Positions 14,830-20,000 of a DNA stretch of 20,000 nt are shown here, piece after piece. Numbering within the stretch: position 1 is the first letter of the stretch; each line of letters opens with the position of its first letter. The stretch is taken from sequence record SRR20825019_235, one strand, 5' to 3'. Under the pieces are notes generated by a model. That model searched no databases. It was given only the letters and a program-made list of their open reading frames with translations, and was not told the origin of the DNA. The translations under genes were made by a program, and so were the position numbers.

Positions 14830-16971
14830 TTAAAAAATAATTTTCGTGTATGGGAGTTCTATTCTTATCCTGTTTTTATCCGATTCGGACAACCCGTTTC
14901 CAGATAGATTAAGTTCTTCAAGTCGATCTAGTGAAGACAAATCTGATGGTAAAGAAGTAATCTTATTATTTGAAAGATTAAGTATTCGCAGCTTCCATTG
15001 ATAGGGTAAGTTTGTTGGTAGGCTAGTTAATTCATTTCCAGAAAGATTGAGTTCCACCAGTGCTCGTTGTCTATTGAATTGACCATCTACACTTTCAATG
15101 TTATTGTTTGCTAGGTTTACCTTTTTCAAGTGACGAGATTTCAACGATTGAAATTTTGATAGGTTGTTATTAGCCAGATCCAGTTCAACTAAATGGCTTA
15201 GGTTCTTGATTTCTTTTGGAAATTCAATGAGTAAGTTATTGGACGCGTTTAAGTGGGTAAGGTATTTAATGCGCACAAAGTTTTTAGGTAGTTCCTTAAT
15301 CTCATTAAAAGAGATGTCTAATTTGGACAAGTAGAGAAGCCCATCCAAAACCTGTGAGAGCTCCTTTAATTCATTGTGACTTAAATTCAGGTCACGCAGA
15401 CGAGGACATTTAAATATCCAATTGGGGATTTTTCCGAGTTCAGAGCTACTTGCATCAAGTATTCTCACTTTTCGCTTTTTATATCGTCCAGTTTTTAATG
15501 TATATGTCGTGACATAATCACGTTTTTTAAAATACTTTACGTCGCATTTGTTGGATGTTAACTTAATTCGATCATCTTCAACCCCGACGACTTCACTATC
15601 TTTATTGCGTTTTAATATCAGTCTTTCAATGTCTTCATCAATGGTATAAATTCCACCACCAGTAATTTCTGCAAGATGCACGTAACTAGCATTTACACCG
15701 TAATTTTTTGAATATCCGCAGAGAATAATTCTTACAGGGACATCAATAAGATCTGCCAATTCAATGTCTCGCACGCACGCATTGTTATCAGCAACGAGTA
15801 CGACTTCGGAAAACTGAGGGTTTTCTTCGATGGCGCTCAGAATCGCTTCAATATCGTTCTCAGGACCATCACCTCCTCCTCCTTTAAGCATTACGTAGTT
15901 AAACAAATCAATGACTTGTGGAATATTGTCAGCCTTTTCGGTATAAATCCCTTCGGTTTCCCCAATTTCTTTTTCCGTAGTCAATTTATGATTCCCATCA
16001 TTGAACAGCGTGATTGTTTGAATTCCAGAAGTTTGAAAATTCAATAAATGCCATTGTAGTACCTGAGCACCATAATGATACATACTTCCAGTCCAATCGT
16101 TAACAATGAGCATATTTTTCCATTCTGGATGACGATCGAGAACCCTGAGAACAACAGGGTCAACTCCTTGGTAGCGAGACATAAACGTTTCAATTTCACT
16201 TTTGAAGCGATTATATGTTGTAGAATCGATTTTCGAAAGTTCAACATCGTCGGACGTAAGTATACGTTCTTCATAGAATCTTTTAAGGTGAGCAATTTTC
16301 AGATCTAAGGTCTGAGAGTCGAGATAATCACGAAGAGAGTCGGGTATTACATCGCTGTTGACCATGAACGCGACATTACTTTCAATTTCTTCATAGCTCA
16401 ATTGCTCGGAAACTAACTGCTCCTTAGCTCTGTTGATTTTTTCTGATTTACTTATAGGATCTTCCCCTTTAATTCGCTGAGATTCAACTTCTGTTCGATA
16501 CCAAATTACTACTCCATGAAAGAGAGAATCTACTTGTTTGTCATTCACGCAATGTGTTTGTAGGACTTTGTTCCAAGTAAGTTGCTCGTCGTTAAGTGAA
16601 GGATCCATTTTAAAAATGGCTCTTATTCTGTCAAATAATAAAGGATAAATTTCGTAGTATATTCCCTTGCGTAAGGGATACTTAGAATAAACAATATCGA
16701 TTCTAAACGCGTTAACAGAATCGCTCATTTTCAACCAAGCATCTTCATTTACGAATCGAGATGACCGTAAATCATTCTCCAGAAAAATGCAATTTGCACT
16801 ATCAGACGAATATTCATAAAGTTCTATGGTATTTAACTTTTCTGCAATTTCATTTCCATATTTTCTAGGATTTTCAAGAAGAGTTGGATCAAATTTGATT
16901 TGAGCCTGAGACTTAATTGGTACAATTGAAAGAATAATAAGCAGGGTTATTAGGAGTAGCGTTTTTTGCAT
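14830..16971 (-). CDS. Exported vWA-like domain + leucine-rich repeat protein
   Basis: Signal peptide SQA-Q; MIDAS-like NDWTGSM, GGDGPENDIEAI and VVLVADN; nine LxxLxLxxNxL-type repeats at 14830-15468 with C-cap RIRIELPYTKIIF. Confidence 0.88.
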   Translation of the reverse strand: MQKTLLLITLLIILSIVPIKSQAQIKFDPTLLENPRKYGNEIAEKLNTIELYEYSSDSANCIFLENDLRSSRFVNEDAWLKMSDSVNAFRIDIVYSKYPLRKGIYYEIYPLLFDRIRAIFKMDPSLNDEQLTWNKVLQTHCVNDKQVDSLFHGVVIWYRTEVESQRIKGEDPISKSEKINRAKEQLVSEQLSYEEIESNVAFMVNSDVIPDSLRDYLDSQTLDLKIAHLKRFYEERILTSDDVELSKIDSTTYNRFKSEIETFMSRYQGVDPVVLRVLDRHPEWKNMLIVNDWTGSMYHYGAQVLQWHLLNFQTSGIQTITLFNDGNHKLTTEKEIGETEGIYTEKADNIPQVIDLFNYVMLKGGGGDGPENDIEAILSAIEENPQFSEVVLVADNNACVRDIELADLIDVPVRIILCGYSKNYGVNASYVHLAEITGGGIYTIDEDIERLILKRNKDSEVVGVEDDRIKLTSNKCDVKYFKKRDYVTTYTLKTGRYKKRKVRILDASSSELGKIPNWIFKCPRLRDLNLSHNELKELSQVLDGLLYLSKLDISFNEIKELPKNFVRIKYLTHLNASNNLLIEFPKEIKNLSHLVELDLANNNLSKFQSLKSRHLKKVNLANNNIESVDGQFNRQRALVELNLSGNELTSLPTNLPYQWKLRILNLSNNKITSLPSDLSSLDRLEELNLSGNGLSESDKNRIRIELPYTKIIF

Positions 16972-17178
16972 TTATGCGAGTTAGTGTTCAATTCAAGTTC
17001 AAGAATTGAATGGTTAAATTTCATCATATAACGAAGGAGAAGTGGAAATATTTTAATATTACCCTGTTGAATTCATCTTTCTCGATACACCGATAATGAA
17101 AAATTAGTATAAACTTCTCAAGTGATTTTACCGTTCTTCGGGTAGAACTCAGCTACTTACAATTTAGAATTGATAAAA

Positions 17179-17664
17179 TCATATTAATACTTTCCATTCA
17201 GAGTTAGCATTTGTGAGATTTTTCAACAGCCAATCGCCTCCTTGTTCTTTGATTTGTGATTCAACATTCGTTACAATTCGCAGAATGTCATCTTCCAGCA
17301 TTGGACCTTCTCTTTTTATCGGAATACTTGTTTCGTTATGATCATAAGTGTTCTTTTGAATAAGGGTGTTGTCGGCCACCACATAATGTTTAAATCCACC
17401 TTGTTCAATTACAAATACTTTGTTGTTCGGTGGAATTGAAAAGGATTCATTCACACGATTATACTCCTCAGAATTACATAAATGAATTCTACAATTGTTG
17501 AATCGAAGAGGAAGTTCCATGTAACGAACCCCAGAAAATAAAATATCAGTATTTGTTTTAGATTCAGTATCGTGCGATCGATAGAGAATTTGATTGTGAG
17601 TGTTTGAATAATCGATCATCGAAAATATACCTTTCTCATCTATTTTGTGTACCGTGTTTTTCAT
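17179..17664 (-). CDS. Hypothetical cytoplasmic protein, possibly immunity-protein-like
   Basis: 161-aa ORF with the motif YSNTHNQILYRS...DILFSGVRYMELP. The functional guess is from recollection only. Confidence 0.65.
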   Translation of the reverse strand: MKNTVHKIDEKGIFSMIDYSNTHNQILYRSHDTESKTNTDILFSGVRYMELPLRFNNCRIHLCNSEEYNRVNESFSIPPNNKVFVIEQGGFKHYVVADNTLIQKNTYDHNETSIPIKREGPMLEDDILRIVTNVESQIKEQGGDWLLKNLTNANSEWKVLI

Positions 17665-17800
17665 CGTTGACTCAATTAACGAGTAGTAAAGTTATCTCTT
17701 TTGGTACATTTCCAAAAATGAAACCTCCCCATTTGCTGAGATTCTGTGATGTCTAGGATTAGTCGTTCCATCTTGTGCTTTTCATTCTAGAGATAGTGCC

Positions 17801-17808
17801 CAAAGATA
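17801..17808 (-). promoter_or_regulatory. Bacteroidota -7 promoter element (TATCTTTG)
   Basis: CAAAGATA on + is an exact TAnnTTTG on -, just downstream of the MscS gene. Confidence 0.5.
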
Positions 17809-17831
17809 AGTCAAAGTGCATTAAATACTTG

Positions 17832-18746
17832 CTATTCGGTTGTTTTTTGTTCATTCACATTAACGCTAAAATTGGGTGGCTCAACCAATTGAAAAGTCGC
17901 GGAAGCAAACTTAATCTTTCCATTCGTTTCTTCAATGCGCGTAAGAATTCTTGAAAACAATTCCGTTTTTGTCGCCCTACGTTTTCGATATTCGACTACA
18001 TATCTGAGCGTAAATTCTACCCAGTTATCATTCGCAACCAACGAAATCATCGGATCCGTTTGTGCATCTTCCAAGCGGTATTTGTTTTGTAATGTCTTCC
18101 ACATTTCAAGTGATTGCGCCGTTAGATCACCAGCGACTTCTTTTCCAACTTGTATGAATATTTCTTTTGCCTTTTCATAGTCGCTGCCATATTGGATAGG
18201 AATTTTAATTTCATCCCAGAGAAATGGAAAATCTCCAGAATAGTTAAAAACAGGCTCTTTTAGGACAAAACTATTGGCAACTAGCACAATTCTACCGTTA
18301 TACAAATCTCCGTCCACCCATTGTCCTGTTTCCATAATGGTAGTTCTCAAAACTCCGATATCCATCACATCTCCCTTGATTCCTCCAAGTTGAACCCTGT
18401 CTCCAGATTTGTAAAATCCACCGAATAGAATAGCGAGCCAACCTGCAAATGAGGCAATGACTTCCTGCAAAGCGAAAGCGATACCAGCACCAGCGACTCC
18501 AAATGCCATGGTAAACCCACCCAGTTTGTCGCTAAAAACGATGATTAGAAGAATAATCGTCAAAAAATAACCTATGAAACTACTGAACTTCTTTGCGCGA
18601 TATTTGTTGTCGTTATCCTTGATTTTTAAGAATAATTTCCGCTGAATGATTTTGATAATTACCCAAATAAAAATAATTCCGATAAGAATAGTTGCGATTT
18701 TTCCAACGGTTGGATTATATAAGAATTTTTGAAATTGTTCTTCCAT
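17832..18746 (-). CDS. MscS family small-conductance mechanosensitive channel
   Basis: TM helices, GVAGAGIAFALQEVIASFAG pore helix, GDRVQLGGIKGDVMDIGVLRTTI, PVFNYS. Confidence 0.94.
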   Translation of the reverse strand: MEEQFQKFLYNPTVGKIATILIGIIFIWVIIKIIQRKLFLKIKDNDNKYRAKKFSSFIGYFLTIILLIIVFSDKLGGFTMAFGVAGAGIAFALQEVIASFAGWLAILFGGFYKSGDRVQLGGIKGDVMDIGVLRTTIMETGQWVDGDLYNGRIVLVANSFVLKEPVFNYSGDFPFLWDEIKIPIQYGSDYEKAKEIFIQVGKEVAGDLTAQSLEMWKTLQNKYRLEDAQTDPMISLVANDNWVEFTLRYVVEYRKRRATKTELFSRILTRIEETNGKIKFASATFQLVEPPNFSVNVNEQKTTE

Positions 18747-18887
18747 TAATTAGCGTTGTTATTAAGAACAAGTACGATTGAAGGTTTCATACAAACGAGC
18801 TCTTTCTCGAAGATAACAATTTTAAAGCATGTGAATTCCTCGCGAGGTTGAATGTAGAATCGGTTTCATACGATTGACTTGTTTCGA

Positions 18888-19388
18888 CTAACTTAAGACT
18901 TTAACAATTATGGAAGCGCTTCTGCGAGGTTTAAATCTTCTCTTAATACTGTCCTCTTCAAAAGAGAGAGAATCGGAAGAATAATACGCGCAACTTTTCC
19001 TTTGTATACCAGTTGGACACCATTCAATTAGGACTGTATCAACTCCCACAGAAGTAGCCTCAAATGTCCAGAAAGTGCTTCCGCCACCACCAATGTAGCC
19101 GTTCTTTTCTCTTTCGCTACTTACGTATTTTCGTTCTTTGAGTTCTATTGAATTGCAGTGATATTGATTCGTCCAACAGTTGGAAAAACCGATAGAACCG
19201 TTTTCGTACAATTCAATGGTGAATGTTTCACCTAATTTTAACTGATACTCGGATTTATTGACAACGGGTTTCTTTTTTTTCGTTTCCGCTGGAAGAGGAT
19301 CGCCTTGGTCAGTGCATTGAGATAAGGAACTGATAATTAGAAGTAAAATAATGGTGATTGGAAAAGGCTTCATAGTATTTTTGCTCAT
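18888..19388 (-). CDS. Chagasin-like (peptidase inhibitor I42) domain, probable lipoprotein
   Basis: LKLGETFTIELYENGSIGF (cf. NPTTGY loop), IGGGG..FWTFEA..VG (GxGG loop); hydrophobic signal ending LSQC. Confidence 0.72.
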   Translation of the reverse strand: MSKNTMKPFPITIILLLIISSLSQCTDQGDPLPAETKKKKPVVNKSEYQLKLGETFTIELYENGSIGFSNCWTNQYHCNSIELKERKYVSSEREKNGYIGGGGSTFWTFEATSVGVDTVLIEWCPTGIQRKSCAYYSSDSLSFEEDSIKRRFKPRRSASIIVKVLS

Positions 19389-19406
19389 TTATTTTAACTC
19401 TGTCGG

Positions 19407-19982
19407 CTAATCTTTCAATCTGAAAACACAGGAGATACTGCCTTCACCACTGTCATTCATAATGTAGAAATACCCAGTTCCAACGACCAATAATCCGTCT
19501 CCTAGAGTGGTAAAGTGCCAATTTTTACCGAATACTTCCGCTAGTTGAATACTGGTGAAGGCGTTGTTAAGAGCGCTGAACACGTATCCTTCATGAAATG
19601 AAGAAGCCGGAGAACAGCAGGGATTATCGAAGGCAAAAAGTTCAACGGATTCTAATTGCCAGTTTCCTTTGATCAAGGTGTCCTTTCGATCGCGGTAAAA
19701 ACCATGAATTTCTTGTTTAGCGCGCGCAAGTACGTTCAGCGTTGAATCCCGTTCACTTAGTTGTCGAAATTGACGAAACAACGTTGTGTCGTTTTTTAAT
19801 GGTGAATACGGTCTTCTGTCGAATTGCGTCACAAAATCTAAGGGATTGTTTACTGAATCAAATTCAATGAAATACGCCGTAGTAACTGAATCTCTTGGAC
19901 CGTCAAAAAGTTGTGCGTTTGCATAAAGTCCGAGATGAGTGATTAGGAGAATTGAGAGTAAGAATCGCACTGAGAGTTTCAT
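19407..19982 (-). CDS. Hypothetical exported protein
   Basis: Signal peptide ANA-Q; no recognisable domain; 18-nt gap to the chagasin-like gene. Confidence 0.72.
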   Translation of the reverse strand: MKLSVRFLLSILLITHLGLYANAQLFDGPRDSVTTAYFIEFDSVNNPLDFVTQFDRRPYSPLKNDTTLFRQFRQLSERDSTLNVLARAKQEIHGFYRDRKDTLIKGNWQLESVELFAFDNPCCSPASSFHEGYVFSALNNAFTSIQLAEVFGKNWHFTTLGDGLLVVGTGYFYIMNDSGEGSISCVFRLKD

Positions 19983-20000
19983 TTTATTGAATGTACAGCC

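Noticed and set aside
14830-16971. NLR-like or vWA-MoxR/ternary conflict anti-phage system
   Set aside because: The protein has a signal peptide, and there is no NTPase, kinase/phosphatase or effector partner in the neighbourhood.
883-18180. Short overlapping ORFs in the track (e.g. 883-1077, 1417-1647, 2486-2749, 3030-3380, 3256-3561, 5315-5503, 7158-7361, 8319-8531, 10719-11042, 11165-11461, 11779-12033, 14611-14823, 16041-16308, 17935-18180)
   Set aside because: These are antisense or alternate-frame shadows of well-supported genes with no recognisable motifs.

Overview
AT-rich bacterial DNA from a Bacteroidota genome. The evidence is TAnnTTTG-type promoters, a T9SS C-terminal sorting domain and LytTR/TPR-kinase regulators; a Flavobacteriales origin is my inference. 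The window opens with a truncated minus-strand gene divergent from a LytS-type kinase/LytTR pair, followed by an outer-membrane beta-barrel. A plus-strand block follows: REC-LytTR regulator, a small T9SS-CTD protein, a CTD-less 63-aa-repeat fibre-like protein, an Ntn (choloylglycine/penicillin V acylase family) hydrolase and a TPR-HisKA_2 kinase. The right half is a minus-strand run of unrelated accessory genes: DUF1906/GH25-like hydrolase, lipoproteins, a B-box-like membrane protein, a VOC protein, a secreted vWA-LRR fusion, a possible orphan immunity protein, MscS and a chagasin-like inhibitor. I see no rRNA, tRNA, CRISPR array, transposase or integrase. The best candidate for an undescribed system is the 'mini T9SS-CTD protein + CTD-less fibre' pair, bracketed by a split two-component system. 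All family calls are by eye from motifs; no searches were run.
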